This document shows positions 38,401 through 48,130 of a DNA stretch of 64,000 nt, piece by piece; within the stretch, counting starts at the first letter, position 1, and each line of letters opens with the position of its first letter. A program made the translations under genes and the position numbers. The DNA comes from Pseudomonadota bacterium (GTDB lineage Bacteria; Pseudomonadota; Gammaproteobacteria; Steroidobacterales; Woeseiaceae). The notes under the pieces are model-generated. The model was not told where the DNA came from. It was given only the letters and a program-made list of their open reading frames with translations, and did not search any database. Location of the stretch: contig JBCAXA010000003.1 in the NCBI GenBank assembly GCA_038534295.1, positions 263,926-327,925 of the forward strand. Direction: 5' to 3'.

Positions 38401-41143
38401 CGCCATTGCGGAAGGCGGCAGCACACTTGCCTTACCCACCGACCGTGCCGGACGGTTTGTTATGCGGATCGTCGATGCCGACGGCACGGCGCTTTGTCAG
38501 GTGCGCTATACCGTTGCCGGTGCACGCAACATGGCCGGCAATCTCGAGCGCAACGCCGAGCTCGACTTGGTGCTCGATGCAGCCAATTACGACAACGGCG
38601 AGGAGATTCGCATCGAAGTAACGGCGCCGTACTCGGGTACGGGCTTAATTACCATCGAACGCGATCGCGTGTATGCGCATCGGTGGTTCCGCTCCGATAC
38701 GACGTCGAGCGTACAGAGCATTACGGTGCCGGCAGGTCTCGAAGGCAATGCGTACGTCAACGTGGCCTATGTTCGCGATCTGGATTCGCCGGAAATTTTC
38801 GTAAACCCGCTGAGCTATGCGGCGGCACCGTTTGCGATCAATCGCGACGCGCGTACTGTCGACATTGAGCTTGACGCACCCGAGCGGATTCAGCCCGGCG
38901 ATACCATGGCCGTTTCGTATCGAACCGACCGCGACGCCAAGCTCCTGGTCTACGCGGTCGACGAGGGCATTTTGCAGGTTGCGAACTATCGGATGCCCGA
39001 TCCGCTCAGCTTCTTCCTGCGCAAGATGGCGCTGCAGGTGTCGACGCACCAACTCGTCGACCTCATCCTGCCGGCGTTCGACGCCGTGCGCCAAGCGGCT
39101 GCGCCCGGCGGCGGCGAAGCGCGTGGTTTGGCTGGCCAAAACCTCAATCCGTTCAGGCGCAAAACCGAGCCACCGGTGGTGTTCTGGTCAGGGATCGTCG
39201 CGAGTAGCGACACGCCGCGCAGCGTCGAGTTTGAGGTGCCCGACTACTTCAACGGCGAGCTGCGCGTCATGGCGATCGCCGTGTCCGACAGCGCCGTCGG
39301 CGCGCAACAGGACAGGACCACCGTGCGCGGACCGTTTGTCATCACGCCAAATCTGTTGACGGCTGCCGCGCCAAGCGATGAATTCGATGTAACGGTCGGG
39401 CTTGCCAACAACCTCGACGGCTCGGGCAGCGATGCCGAGGTGCGACTGAGTGTGTCGCCGTCGCCGGCGCTCGAGGTCCTCGGCGACACCACGCAGACGC
39501 TGGCGGTGGCGGAGGGTCGCGAAACCAAGGCAGTGTTTCGGGTTCGTGCACGCGACCAATTGGGTTCGGCCGAACTGCGTTTCGTCGCATCCAGCGGCTC
39601 GGTGTCGGTGCCGCGGACGGCGACGGTCAGCATCCGCCCGCAGGTGGCCTATCTGACGACGGTTGCGTCGGGCAGCGCGTCGGCTGACCCTCTGTCGCTG
39701 TCGTTCGAGCGCCGCATGTACGATCAGCTCGCCGAGCAATCGGCCGCCGCGTCAGCCAGTCCGCTGGTGCTGGCCGACGGCCTGTTGGACTACCTCGAGT
39801 ACTACCCGCACTACTGCGCCGAGCAGATCGTCAGTCGGGTATTCCCGCAAATCGGTTTCCTGAACGATGGCGACTCGTCGCTTGATGCCGCGTCTATTCG
39901 TCGCGGGTTCAACGACGTCATCGCAAAGCTACGGGCGCGGCAAACCGATCAAGGGTGGTTCAGGTTTTGGCTGACGTCGACCGAGCCGGTCGACTTTGCG
40001 AGCGTTTACATCATCCACTTTCTGACTGACTCGGCGGCCCAGGGACTGCCCGTGCCGCGTGCGATGGTGGACCGCGGGCTCGGTTTCACACGCCAAGTGG
40101 CCGCTCGCGACGTCGCCGACCTGCCGTCCGCACGCTTGCGCGCGTACGCCATCTATCTGTTGACGCGCAACGGCGATGTTACGACCAATTCGCTAACCAA
40201 TTTGCACGAGACGCTCGATCGCTTGTTCGCCGACGATTGGCACAGCGACATTGCGGCGTCGTACATGGCGGCCAGCTACGCGCTACTGCAGCAACCGGCA
40301 CTCGCCGATCCGCTGATCGACGCCTATGAGATCGGCGCGGGCGACGAGATGTCCAGCGACTTTGATACGCGGCTCGGTCGCGATGCGCAGTATGTCTATC
40401 TGATTGCGCGGCACTTCCCGGAGCGTATGCAAGCGCTCGACGGCACGACGTTGCGTGCGTTGATCGATCCGGTCATGCAAAACCGATTCAACACGGTCTC
40501 GTCTGCCTATACGGTGCTTGCGCTTGGTGCGTACACGCGCGCATTGGCCGCCGGCGGCGACTTGCCGGCGCTGTCGCTCGAGGACGCACAAGGAGTCGAG
40601 CTGGCAGCGGCAGCCCGCTTTGTTAGGGCCAAGGTGACCAACGATCTCGCTGCCGTGGCGGTTACCGGCGGCGGTTCCCGCGAGATCTACCACGTCCTCG
40701 CGCAAACCGGTTTCGACCGCGAGCCGCCGGCCGACGCACAAGCGGAAGGCATCGAAATATTCCGCGAGTATCTCGACGACAACGGCGACGCCGTCACTAG
40801 CGCCGGCGTCGGCGACGAATTGATGGTGCGACTCAGGATCCGATCAACGGGCCAGCCAAGATCGAACGTCGCCGTTGTCGACATGCTGCCGGGCGGTTTC
40901 GAGGTGCTGACCGACTCGTTGCGCGATCAGTACCAGGGCTGGCGCGTGGATTATCAGGATGTGCGCGAAGACCGCGTCGTTACCTACGGTCGCTTCACCG
41001 ATCGGGTCACCGAGCTGACTTATCGAGTCAAGCTGACGAGCCCCGGGCGCGTCGTCGTCCCGTCTGCATTCGCCTCGTCCATGTACGACCGAACCGTACA
41101 CGCGCGCACGCAGCCCGGCAGGTTTGAGGTTCGCTCCAACTGA
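35453..41143 (+). CDS. Bacterial alpha-2-macroglobulin family protein (YfhM/ECAM-like), membrane anchored, thioester CxEQ motif present.
   Basis: At 1896 aa, it has an N-terminal TM anchor, a CAEQ thioester motif in YYPHYCAEQIVSRV, and a pbpC gene immediately downstream (a conserved pairing). Confidence 0.8.
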   Translation: MSMGIIGRLIGVIRWTPPPWLTQFGVRRFGGLLVLVLAIAAGGYAYQRHLETKPKPPGIVATATAPGITPIVDGELVPQPLVLRFEVVPDPRVPVETVESVAPLEAIDRTVDAGITLSPAHPGEWRWRDETTLVFAPSEDWPAGQSFKASWEPSLFAPGLTIRERSVEFETPPFAVTIDEFVFYQNPEDTAERRTVATLSFTHPVDPDSLDRELELLLRRSGATVDEPADALERELRFDQAGRVAYVSSETLTIPPEENFVTLEIDAGLAPTRGPSRVDEEVVGSVRIPDISSYFRVANVDAQIVRDDNNDPHQAVILEFTDRVALDDLESVLTLYLLPQSVTINGRTHNNKRWQSPREVTPDVLASAEPVEFTLNAVENDAAVFHSMSLDVPQGRYLYIRVESGLASSGDFVLAQAFDTVVRAPNYPREVAIAQSGALLPLTGDHKLTFVARGVDALRVEIGRLLDGEINHLASQTGGDIRNPYWQNYRFNEENLTTRTARYIDLETAHPKQAVYASQDLSEFLLSGGYYFITVQGWDRERKRTVGPQDRRFVLITDLGLLVKNNADNSHDVFVHSLASGRPAAGATVQLLGKNGIPVYERQVERDGRARIPSTKDLKRERAPTVFVVRNGLDSVFLPFARREQMLQLSRFDVGGDYVRNRTDADRLRAQVFSDRGLYRPGDTARLAAIVKRDDWIPVGNLPLVLNIRDPRSQTVLDERLALPDDGFFDRPFETEAASATGNYTATLYLIDERDRRRAIGSTRFKVEEFQPDRMRIRSRIEGQKPAGWLKPGNLTAVVELENLFGTPASDRRVTGEVELAPIAVSFPGYPDFVFDDPLRRSNTVLGPVTLPLPEATTNDNGVAQIPLDLTQYDKGIYRLTVHTEGFEAGDGRSVRSRAQTILSPLDALVGYKSTSNLQFLDRDAEHDVELLALSSSAEPIALDNLTVERIEERYVSTLVRQPNGTVAYQSILKEESIASRDFAIAEGGSTLALPTDRAGRFVMRIVDADGTALCQVRYTVAGARNMAGNLERNAELDLVLDAANYDNGEEIRIEVTAPYSGTGLITIERDRVYAHRWFRSDTTSSVQSITVPAGLEGNAYVNVAYVRDLDSPEIFVNPLSYAAAPFAINRDARTVDIELDAPERIQPGDTMAVSYRTDRDAKLLVYAVDEGILQVANYRMPDPLSFFLRKMALQVSTHQLVDLILPAFDAVRQAAAPGGGEARGLAGQNLNPFRRKTEPPVVFWSGIVASSDTPRSVEFEVPDYFNGELRVMAIAVSDSAVGAQQDRTTVRGPFVITPNLLTAAAPSDEFDVTVGLANNLDGSGSDAEVRLSVSPSPALEVLGDTTQTLAVAEGRETKAVFRVRARDQLGSAELRFVASSGSVSVPRTATVSIRPQVAYLTTVASGSASADPLSLSFERRMYDQLAEQSAAASASPLVLADGLLDYLEYYPHYCAEQIVSRVFPQIGFLNDGDSSLDAASIRRGFNDVIAKLRARQTDQGWFRFWLTSTEPVDFASVYIIHFLTDSAAQGLPVPRAMVDRGLGFTRQVAARDVADLPSARLRAYAIYLLTRNGDVTTNSLTNLHETLDRLFADDWHSDIAASYMAASYALLQQPALADPLIDAYEIGAGDEMSSDFDTRLGRDAQYVYLIARHFPERMQALDGTTLRALIDPVMQNRFNTVSSAYTVLALGAYTRALAAGGDLPALSLEDAQGVELAAAARFVRAKVTNDLAAVAVTGGGSREIYHVLAQTGFDREPPADAQAEGIEIFREYLDDNGDAVTSAGVGDELMVRLRIRSTGQPRSNVAVVDMLPGGFEVLTDSLRDQYQGWRVDYQDVREDRVVTYGRFTDRVTELTYRVKLTSPGRVVVPSAFASSMYDRTVHARTQPGRFEVRSN

Positions 41144-43467
41144 TGCGTATCGTCACTCGACTCGCTGTGCGTGCGGCCATCGTCGTCGCGGCGTTGACCG
41201 TTGCTTGGTTGCTCATTCCCAAACCAACGCTGTACGGCGATGTGACGTTCTCGACGGTGATCGACGATCGCAACGGTGAGCTGTTGCGCTTAGCGCTCGC
41301 CGATGACGAGAGATATCGTGTCAAAGCGAATCTCGCCGATATTGCGCCGGCCGCCGTGCAAGCAACCTTGCTGTATGAGGATCGGCACTTCCGTTCGCAT
41401 CTCGGGTTCAACCCGGCGGCGCTACTGCGCGCCGCTTGGTCGACGTACGTCGTGCGCCAGCGCGTTGTCGGCGGCTCGACGATCACGATGCAGCTGGCGC
41501 GGCTGCGCTTCGACCTCGACACGACGACGATTGGCGGCAAGCTGGTTCAAATCGCGCGCGCGATTCAGCTCGAGCGCCACTACAGCAAGGACGACATTCT
41601 CGAGGCGTATCTGAATCTTGCGCCGTACGGCGGCAATATCGAAGGGCTGGCTACGGCCGCGCGGATCTATTTCGACAAGCGCGCCGATGAACTCACGCTT
41701 CCCGAAGCCTTGGCACTGGTCGTCATTCCGCAGAATCCAGCGCAACGCAATCCACAAACCGCGGTCGGTTACGCGGCCATGCGCGATGCACAGGTTCGGC
41801 TGTTCGAGATTTGGCGCGACAAGTACGGCGCGTCCACGGAGCTCGCCGCGCACTTCCGCCTACCTCTGGCGGTTCGTAGCACGCCCGAACTGCCTTTTTT
41901 GGCGCCGCACACCACCGAGCGATTGCTGCACAGCGCACCTCTCGCTGAGCACATCGCTGCCACCGTCGACATCAACTTGCAGCGCGTGCTGGAGCAACGC
42001 CTTGCCGACCATGTCGAGCGGCATCGGGGCGCTGGCATCGATAATGCCGCAGCGATGCTCGTCGATACGCGGACGATGGACGTCTTGGCTGAGGCCGGCT
42101 CGGTGGATTTCTTCAACGCCGCCATTGCCGGGCAGGTCAACGGCACACGCGCCAAGCGCTCGCCCGGTTCGACGCTAAAGCCGTTCGTCTATGCGCTGGC
42201 GCTCGACCAAGGGCTGATTCATCCGATGAGCTTGCTTAAGGATGCGCCGCGGCGATTTGCGGCGTACACGCCCGAAAACTTCGATCGCGGTTTTCTCGGG
42301 CCGATCACGGCTCGCGATGCGCTGATCTATAGCCGCAACGTGCCGGCCATCGAGCTGTTGAATCAGATTGGTACCGAACCCTTCAACGCGTTTCTTGGCC
42401 GGGCCGGCGTCGCCAATTTACTTAGCGCCGAACACTACGGATTGTCGATGGTGCTCGGTGGCAACGAAGCAACCATGAGTGAGCTAGTGGGCTTGTACGC
42501 GATGTTGGCCAACGCCGGCGTTTCGCGCCCATTGCGGCGCGAGCTGAACGCACCGCTCGGTGCTGCCGAACGCCTGCTCAGTCGCGAAGCCAGCTTTCTT
42601 GCGCTCGATATGCTGCGCGCCAATCCGCGGCCCGACGCACTCGCCTTCGCCGGCGAACAAGCTCGAACGGCCGTCGCGTGGAAAACGGGGACGTCATACG
42701 CATATCGTGACGCGTGGAGTGTCGGCATCGTCGGTCCATACGCGCTCGCGGTCTGGGTCGGTCATTTTGACGGTCGCAGCAACCCGGCACTGGTCGGCCG
42801 CCGTGCGGCGGCTCCGCTGTTTTTCGCGATCGTCGATCAGCTTGCGGCCGGCTTGCCGGCGGTAGCGAAGCAGTCGGTACCGCCAGTCGATCTGAATCTC
42901 GCAAAAATCGACGTGTGCGCGCCGACCGGCGACTTGCCGGGACGCTATTGCCCGCGCACGACCAAGAGTTGGTTCATTCCGGGCGTGTCGCCGATCCGCG
43001 TCTCGAACGTGCATCGCGCGGTCGCCGTCGACAGCCGGACCGGTGCGCGCAGTTGCGCGCCCGGCGAGACGACGCGTACCGAGGTTTACGAATTCTGGCC
43101 ATCCGACTTGCTGCGCCTCTACCGCCAGGCCGGCATTGCGGTGCGATCGCCACCGCCATGGGCACCGGATTGCGGGCTCGACGTGCGCGCCGCCACCGGC
43201 GTGCAGCCGGAAATCACGTCGCCGCTGAGCGGTACGACCGTGTTGCGCACGGCGGCGGCGAGCCACGGTCGCGAATTGCCGCTAACGGCGACGACGGATG
43301 CCGATGCCCGCTGGCTGTACTGGTTCGCGAACGATCGGTTTCTCGCCAAAGTCGACCGCGATGAACCGCTGCTGTGGGAGCCGGAGTCCGGGGAATACCG
43401 GCTGGTCGCTGTGGATGATCTTGGTCGCAGCGGTTCGGCGTCACTGACCGTCGCGGCCGTGCCGTAG
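41143..43467 (+). CDS. pbpC: Penicillin-binding protein 1C (GT51 transglycosylase + transpeptidase + C-terminal domain).
   Basis: GT51 motifs EDRHFRSHLGFNPAALLRA and GGSTITMQLARL. About 774 aa. Its start overlaps the alpha-2-macroglobulin stop (TGATG). Confidence 0.8.
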   Translation: MRIVTRLAVRAAIVVAALTVAWLLIPKPTLYGDVTFSTVIDDRNGELLRLALADDERYRVKANLADIAPAAVQATLLYEDRHFRSHLGFNPAALLRAAWSTYVVRQRVVGGSTITMQLARLRFDLDTTTIGGKLVQIARAIQLERHYSKDDILEAYLNLAPYGGNIEGLATAARIYFDKRADELTLPEALALVVIPQNPAQRNPQTAVGYAAMRDAQVRLFEIWRDKYGASTELAAHFRLPLAVRSTPELPFLAPHTTERLLHSAPLAEHIAATVDINLQRVLEQRLADHVERHRGAGIDNAAAMLVDTRTMDVLAEAGSVDFFNAAIAGQVNGTRAKRSPGSTLKPFVYALALDQGLIHPMSLLKDAPRRFAAYTPENFDRGFLGPITARDALIYSRNVPAIELLNQIGTEPFNAFLGRAGVANLLSAEHYGLSMVLGGNEATMSELVGLYAMLANAGVSRPLRRELNAPLGAAERLLSREASFLALDMLRANPRPDALAFAGEQARTAVAWKTGTSYAYRDAWSVGIVGPYALAVWVGHFDGRSNPALVGRRAAAPLFFAIVDQLAAGLPAVAKQSVPPVDLNLAKIDVCAPTGDLPGRYCPRTTKSWFIPGVSPIRVSNVHRAVAVDSRTGARSCAPGETTRTEVYEFWPSDLLRLYRQAGIAVRSPPPWAPDCGLDVRAATGVQPEITSPLSGTTVLRTAAASHGRELPLTATTDADARWLYWFANDRFLAKVDRDEPLLWEPESGEYRLVAVDDLGRSGSASLTVAAVP

Positions 43468-43586
43468 CGACGTCCGGTTTCATCCGTCGCATTAAAGTCA
43501 CAGGTGGTCGCAGGCCGCTCCGTTGCCCATCGTTTGGGCTGCACGAATTCGCTACCTTTAACTAATAGGTAAGAACGACGTGGGGG

Positions 43587-44078
43587 GTGAGCATGGCGAC
43601 GTACGAGTTCCGGGTAAACGACGCTGCCGTTGAATTCGACGGCGACGGTGCAACGCCCTTGCTGTGGGTCTTGCGCGAGCCGCTAAACCTTACCGGCACG
43701 AAGTTTGGCTGCGGTACCGGTCAATGCGGCGCCTGCACGGTGCACGTCAATGGCCGCGCGCGCCGCTCGTGCATAACGCCGGTCGCCAGCGTGGTCGACA
43801 GTCGCATCACCACCATCGAGGGTCTCGCGGCATCCAGCGACAAACTGCATCCGGTGCAGCAGGCCTGGATCGAGCACGCCGTGCCGCAGTGCGGCTACTG
43901 TCAGGCCGGCCAGATTATGGCGACGGCGGATCTGCTCCGTCGCAACAAATCTCCCAGCGACGCCGATATCAACGCCGAGCTCACCAACATTTGTCGCTGC
44001 GGCACCTACCCGCGGATACGGCGCGCCGTGCATCGCGCCGCCGAGCTACTTGCCAGCGAGGAATCGAACGATGCGTGA
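43587..44078 (+). CDS. (2Fe-2S)-binding small subunit of a molybdenum hydroxylase (IorA/aldehyde-oxidoreductase small subunit-like).
   Basis: CGTGQCGACTV and CITP... ferredoxin motifs plus a second cluster QCGYCQAG...CRCGTY. Confidence 0.85.
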   Translation: MSMATYEFRVNDAAVEFDGDGATPLLWVLREPLNLTGTKFGCGTGQCGACTVHVNGRARRSCITPVASVVDSRITTIEGLAASSDKLHPVQQAWIEHAVPQCGYCQAGQIMATADLLRRNKSPSDADINAELTNICRCGTYPRIRRAVHRAAELLASEESNDA

Positions 44079-46323
44079 CGCAACGGTTACGACGCCGCGA
44101 ATGAACCGACGCCAGTTGTTCGTCAGCGGTTCCACGCTGGCCGGCGCATGGATTGTCGGTATCCCCGTCACCTCACTGCTCGCAGACGACGGTCCCGGCG
44201 ACCGCCAGTTGGGTTATTTCATCGAAATTCGCCCGGATGGCGATGTGATCATCGGCAGCAACCAGCCGGAGATTGGCCAGGGCGTTCGAACCGCGCTGCC
44301 GATGCTCGTCGCCGAAGAGCTCGACGTCGAATGGTCCACAGTGACGGTGCGTTCGATGCCGCTCGGGCTGGTAAAAACTGACGACGGATTTACTTGGAAA
44401 TACGGCAGTCAGGGTGTCGGTGGCAGCACCGGACTCACGCGCAATTTCGACTACATGCGTGAGTTGGGCGCGACGGCGCGCGGTCAGCTGATCCGCGCCG
44501 CGGCACGGCGTTGGGAGGTTGACCCAGCGACGTGTCGTACGGAGCCCGGTGTGGTGGTCTGCGACGACATCGCGCAGCGCGCGCCGTACGCCGAGCTCAT
44601 CGAATCGGCGGCAACGCTACCGATGCCGGACGAGTCGCCAACGCTAAAGGCGCAATCCGATTACCGCATTGTCGGCAAGGCGCAGCAGCCGGTCGACCTC
44701 GAAGCGATCGTTACCGGCAAAGCCAAATACGGTATCGACACGCGCGAGCCCGACATGCGTTTCGCTGTTATCGCCCGCAGTCCGGTATTGAACGGTCGAG
44801 TTGCCAAGATTGACGCCAGCGCTGCGCGCGGCATCGACGGCGTGCTCGACGTATTCGAAATTGAGGGACCCGCGCCGGGTGCGCCTTATCAGATCCTCGC
44901 CCACGGCGTTGCCGTCGTTGCGACGTCGACGTGGGCAGCGATCAAAGGTCGCGAGGCGCTTAATATCGAATGGGAGCCCGGTCCGAACGCGACCGACAGC
45001 ACCGAGCAGTTTTGGGCCGACAACGAGGCGATGCTCAATGGCACCGGCCAAGTCGTCGTCGACGACGGTGACTACGACGCGGCCATGGCCAGCGCCACGC
45101 ACACGGTCGTACGCCGCTACCGCGTGCCGTTTGCCAATCACGCGCCGCTCGAGCCGCAAAACTGCTACGCGTATGTCGATGGCGATCGTTGCCACATCAT
45201 CGCGCCGACGCAAACGCCTGGCGGTGCATCACGATCGGCTGCTTGGGCGACGGGTCTCGACCGCGAGCGGATCCACGTCGACTTCACGCGCGTTGGTGGC
45301 GGTTTTGGACGTCGCCTGACCAACGACTATGTCGCCGAAGCGGCGCTCATTTCGAAACGCACCGGCTGGCCGATCCAGCTGCAGTGGACGCGTGAAGACG
45401 ACATGCGTAACGACTTCTTCCGACCTGCTGGGCTCCACGAAATGCGTGCCGGGCTCGACGGCTTCAACAACGTCGTCGCTTGGACGCAGCGTTTGGCGAG
45501 TGCCAGCAAGTACTACCGTCGGCCAAACATGACCGACGACAAGCTGTGGGAAGCCGAACTCTATTCCGACGATTTTCCGCGGCGCATTGTCGAGAATCTG
45601 CGGCTCGAGTATTTCAATCATCCGATCGGCGTACCGCGCGGCTCGTGGCGGGCGCCGGCGCATACTGCGAATGCGTTTGTCATCCAGAGTTTTATCGACG
45701 AAGTCGCGGATGCGACCGGACAAGATCCGCTGGAACTTCGCGTCAAGCTGTTCGGCGAAGAACGCGAGCTCGAGTACGGCAATCACGGCGGCCCGACGTT
45801 CAACCCGGGCCGACTGACGCGCTTGACGAAATTTGTTGCGGAGAAAATCGACTATGCCCGCGAACGGCCGGCGATGCGCGGCGTAGGTTTGGCTGCACAT
45901 TTCACGTTCGGCGGTTATGCCGCTCACGCCATTGAGGTTAGCGTCAACGACGCTGGCGAATTCACGATCGAGCGGATCGTGGCCGCCATCGACTGCGGTT
46001 TCGCGGTTCACCCGAACGCCGTCAAGGCGCAGCTCGAGGGCGGTACCGTCGATGGTATTAGCACGGCGCTCGGACTCGAGATTACCGTTCGCGATGGGCA
46101 AATCGAGCAAAGCAATTTCCACGATTACCCGCTCGCGCGCATTGGCGTGTTTCCGGCGGCGTTCGAAGCGCACATTCTGCCGTACGGTGAGACGCCAACT
46201 GGCGTCGGTGAGATGGGCATCCCAAGTGCCGCGCCGGCGCTGACCAACGCCATCTTTGCGGCGACCGGTGTGCGCATTCGCGACCTGCCCATCAAAAACC
46301 AACTACGCGACGCCCTTGCCTGA
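44071..46323 (+). CDS. Molybdopterin-dependent oxidoreductase large subunit (xanthine dehydrogenase/IorB family) with a Tat signal.
   Basis: GAGGAA RBS before the ATG at 44071 (overlaps the upstream stop). Twin-arginine MNRRQLFVSGSTLAGAW. About 750 aa, typical for IorB-like subunits. Confidence 0.75.
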   Translation: MRDATVTTPRMNRRQLFVSGSTLAGAWIVGIPVTSLLADDGPGDRQLGYFIEIRPDGDVIIGSNQPEIGQGVRTALPMLVAEELDVEWSTVTVRSMPLGLVKTDDGFTWKYGSQGVGGSTGLTRNFDYMRELGATARGQLIRAAARRWEVDPATCRTEPGVVVCDDIAQRAPYAELIESAATLPMPDESPTLKAQSDYRIVGKAQQPVDLEAIVTGKAKYGIDTREPDMRFAVIARSPVLNGRVAKIDASAARGIDGVLDVFEIEGPAPGAPYQILAHGVAVVATSTWAAIKGREALNIEWEPGPNATDSTEQFWADNEAMLNGTGQVVVDDGDYDAAMASATHTVVRRYRVPFANHAPLEPQNCYAYVDGDRCHIIAPTQTPGGASRSAAWATGLDRERIHVDFTRVGGGFGRRLTNDYVAEAALISKRTGWPIQLQWTREDDMRNDFFRPAGLHEMRAGLDGFNNVVAWTQRLASASKYYRRPNMTDDKLWEAELYSDDFPRRIVENLRLEYFNHPIGVPRGSWRAPAHTANAFVIQSFIDEVADATGQDPLELRVKLFGEERELEYGNHGGPTFNPGRLTRLTKFVAEKIDYARERPAMRGVGLAAHFTFGGYAAHAIEVSVNDAGEFTIERIVAAIDCGFAVHPNAVKAQLEGGTVDGISTALGLEITVRDGQIEQSNFHDYPLARIGVFPAAFEAHILPYGETPTGVGEMGIPSAAPALTNAIFAATGVRIRDLPIKNQLRDALA

Positions 46324-46413
46324 CTGAGCACCGGCGTCTCATGTCAGCGGGGCGGTGCGCCGCCGTCCGCCACGCGTCTTCGAATTACCAATTGACGCGG
46401 CCTTGTTCTATAT

Positions 46414-46830
46414 TTGTCGAATAGCGGGCGGCGCCGGCTGCGTTCCCCGCTTCGACAAACAAAAACAAAACAAGGGGCAGGGATGAAATCGACGATGTTT
46501 CGGGCGGCGGCGCTCGCGGTCGTGCTGTGTCTGGCGGCCTGCGGCCGCGGGCCAGCCGATACCGCTGAGGCGTTCATGACGCACATCAACGACGGCAAGA
46601 TCTCCGAAGCCAAAGGACTCGCTACCGAAAGCACCGGTGAACTGTTGGATTTGGTCTCCGGACTCGGCGGACTCGAGATCGATCCGGACTTCAAGTTCAG
46701 GTTGGTCGACGAGGAGATTGACGGCAATCGCGCGACCATCACGTTCGAGAACGCCGCGGATGGCAAAAAGGACACGATCTCGCTCGTCAAGGTGGACGGC
46801 GCATGGAAGGTGCACGCCGAAAAACGCTAA
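46414..46830 (+). CDS. Small lipoprotein of unknown function.
   Basis: Signal and lipobox LCLAAC; 138 aa. Confidence 0.45.
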   Translation: MSNSGRRRLRSPLRQTKTKQGAGMKSTMFRAAALAVVLCLAACGRGPADTAEAFMTHINDGKISEAKGLATESTGELLDLVSGLGGLEIDPDFKFRLVDEEIDGNRATITFENAADGKKDTISLVKVDGAWKVHAEKR

Positions 46831-47420
46831 CGTTGCTCGCGCTGGCGCTGCTGTCGTCGCCGGCCCATCCAGCCCCTGAGCTCGGCCCGGCGCTGCAGCC
46901 AGGCGATATCGTTTTTCGGCGCCAGAGCGGGTTTTTCTCGGAAATCGCACGGCGTCATTCGATCGGCGAGAAGCGTTTCTCACACGCCGGGATCTACGCT
47001 GTTCGCGACGGTCAGCCCGTGGTTGTGCACGCGATCTACGATTCCGAGCGGGCGCGCGACGGTGTGGTCATCGATTCGTTCGATGACTTCTTGCGGGACG
47101 CATCGGATTGGGCAGCGTACCGAACTCGAATGTCGGATGCGCAGCGCGCAAAGATCGGCCAGCTGGCGCTAGTCGCCGCCGATGCCGCCGTGCCCTTCGA
47201 TCTTGATTTCGATCTAGCCAGTACGTCGACGGTTTATTGCACCGAATTCATCTGGCGCACCGTCAATACCGTCGCTGCCTACGAACTGATGCCGAGCAGC
47301 CGTCTCGCCGGCAAGCGCGACGTCGTCAGGCTGTCGGACTTAATACTCGGCGACGGCACTTTCGTCATTGCCGACGCCACAGTGGTCAACAACGCAACAC
47401 CAATCGGAAAAAAACCATAA
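46803..47420 (+). CDS. Putative permuted papain-like/YiiX-like hydrolase with signal peptide (low confidence).
   Basis: The His-containing segment SHAGIYAV precedes the Cys segment VYCTEFIWRTV (permuted order); there is a signal-like N-terminus. The family assignment is tentative. Confidence 0.3.
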   Translation: MEGARRKTLTLLALALLSSPAHPAPELGPALQPGDIVFRRQSGFFSEIARRHSIGEKRFSHAGIYAVRDGQPVVVHAIYDSERARDGVVIDSFDDFLRDASDWAAYRTRMSDAQRAKIGQLALVAADAAVPFDLDFDLASTSTVYCTEFIWRTVNTVAAYELMPSSRLAGKRDVVRLSDLILGDGTFVIADATVVNNATPIGKKP

Positions 47421-47436
47421 CAACAGGGAGTACGTC

Positions 47437-47685
47437 ATGATTCTTTCAAGGCTCATCGTTCAGTGGCTCGAAGTCATTATCGAAGTCGGTTTGTGGATAT
47501 TCTTGATTGCCTCGTTCATCGCCGGCTGGATGTCGGTCGACGGATTTTTCGCTGGTCTGATCCGCGGCATCATTTCCATGATCATCGGCGCGATCTTTTC
47601 TGCGGTTCTGTTCGGTTTCTTCATCCTGCTTGCGGACATTCGCAAGATGTTGAAGCAGCTACTGGATATGAAAACGGTGGCTTAG
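47437..47685 (+). CDS. Small membrane protein (82 aa, two TM helices).
   Basis: CAGGGAG RBS before the ATG at 47437; hydrophobic. Confidence 0.4.
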   Translation: MILSRLIVQWLEVIIEVGLWIFLIASFIAGWMSVDGFFAGLIRGIISMIIGAIFSAVLFGFFILLADIRKMLKQLLDMKTVA

Positions 47686-47704
47686 CGCGAAGAGGCTGGC
47701 TCAG

Positions 47705-48130
47705 TCAGTCGACGTACGGCAGACGGGTCGGATCGCAATCGACAAAGTCAGGGTCTGGTGTGCGCGTGAATTGAACCGCCAGGACTCGTTGCCGGCCGGC
47801 ACGCAACGCGCGACAAACCCGGTGCATGCCGTCCATCACACGGCCGGTGTGATCAAGGATGATCGGGTAGTCGAGATCGGCCTCGTCGATGAGCCGCATA
47901 TGCTCGAGCAAGGATCGACACGTCGGCGTGGCCCCTTCGTGTGTGTACCAGTGGGGCTCGTCGAGCTCGGCGATATCGTCGATAGCAACGTGCACAATCG
48001 GTAGCTCTCGGCTGAGTTCGATCAAGCGGCGCACGTCCCACGCGAGCAAACCGTTCGCGGAATCCTTGAAGAAGTATTGGGCACGAATCATGGTCCGATA
48101 GGTCTCGTACGCGCGGTCGCACTGGGCCAA
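47705..48130 (-). CDS. ParB/Srx-like nuclease-fold domain protein (DGxHR-type motif).
   Basis: ILDHTGRVMDGMHRVCRA contains the DG.HR motif characteristic of the ParB/sulfiredoxin fold; 141 aa with no partner gene. Confidence 0.4.
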   Translation of the reverse strand: MAQCDRAYETYRTMIRAQYFFKDSANGLLAWDVRRLIELSRELPIVHVAIDDIAELDEPHWYTHEGATPTCRSLLEHMRLIDEADLDYPIILDHTGRVMDGMHRVCRALRAGRQRVLAVQFTRTPDPDFVDCDPTRLPYVD

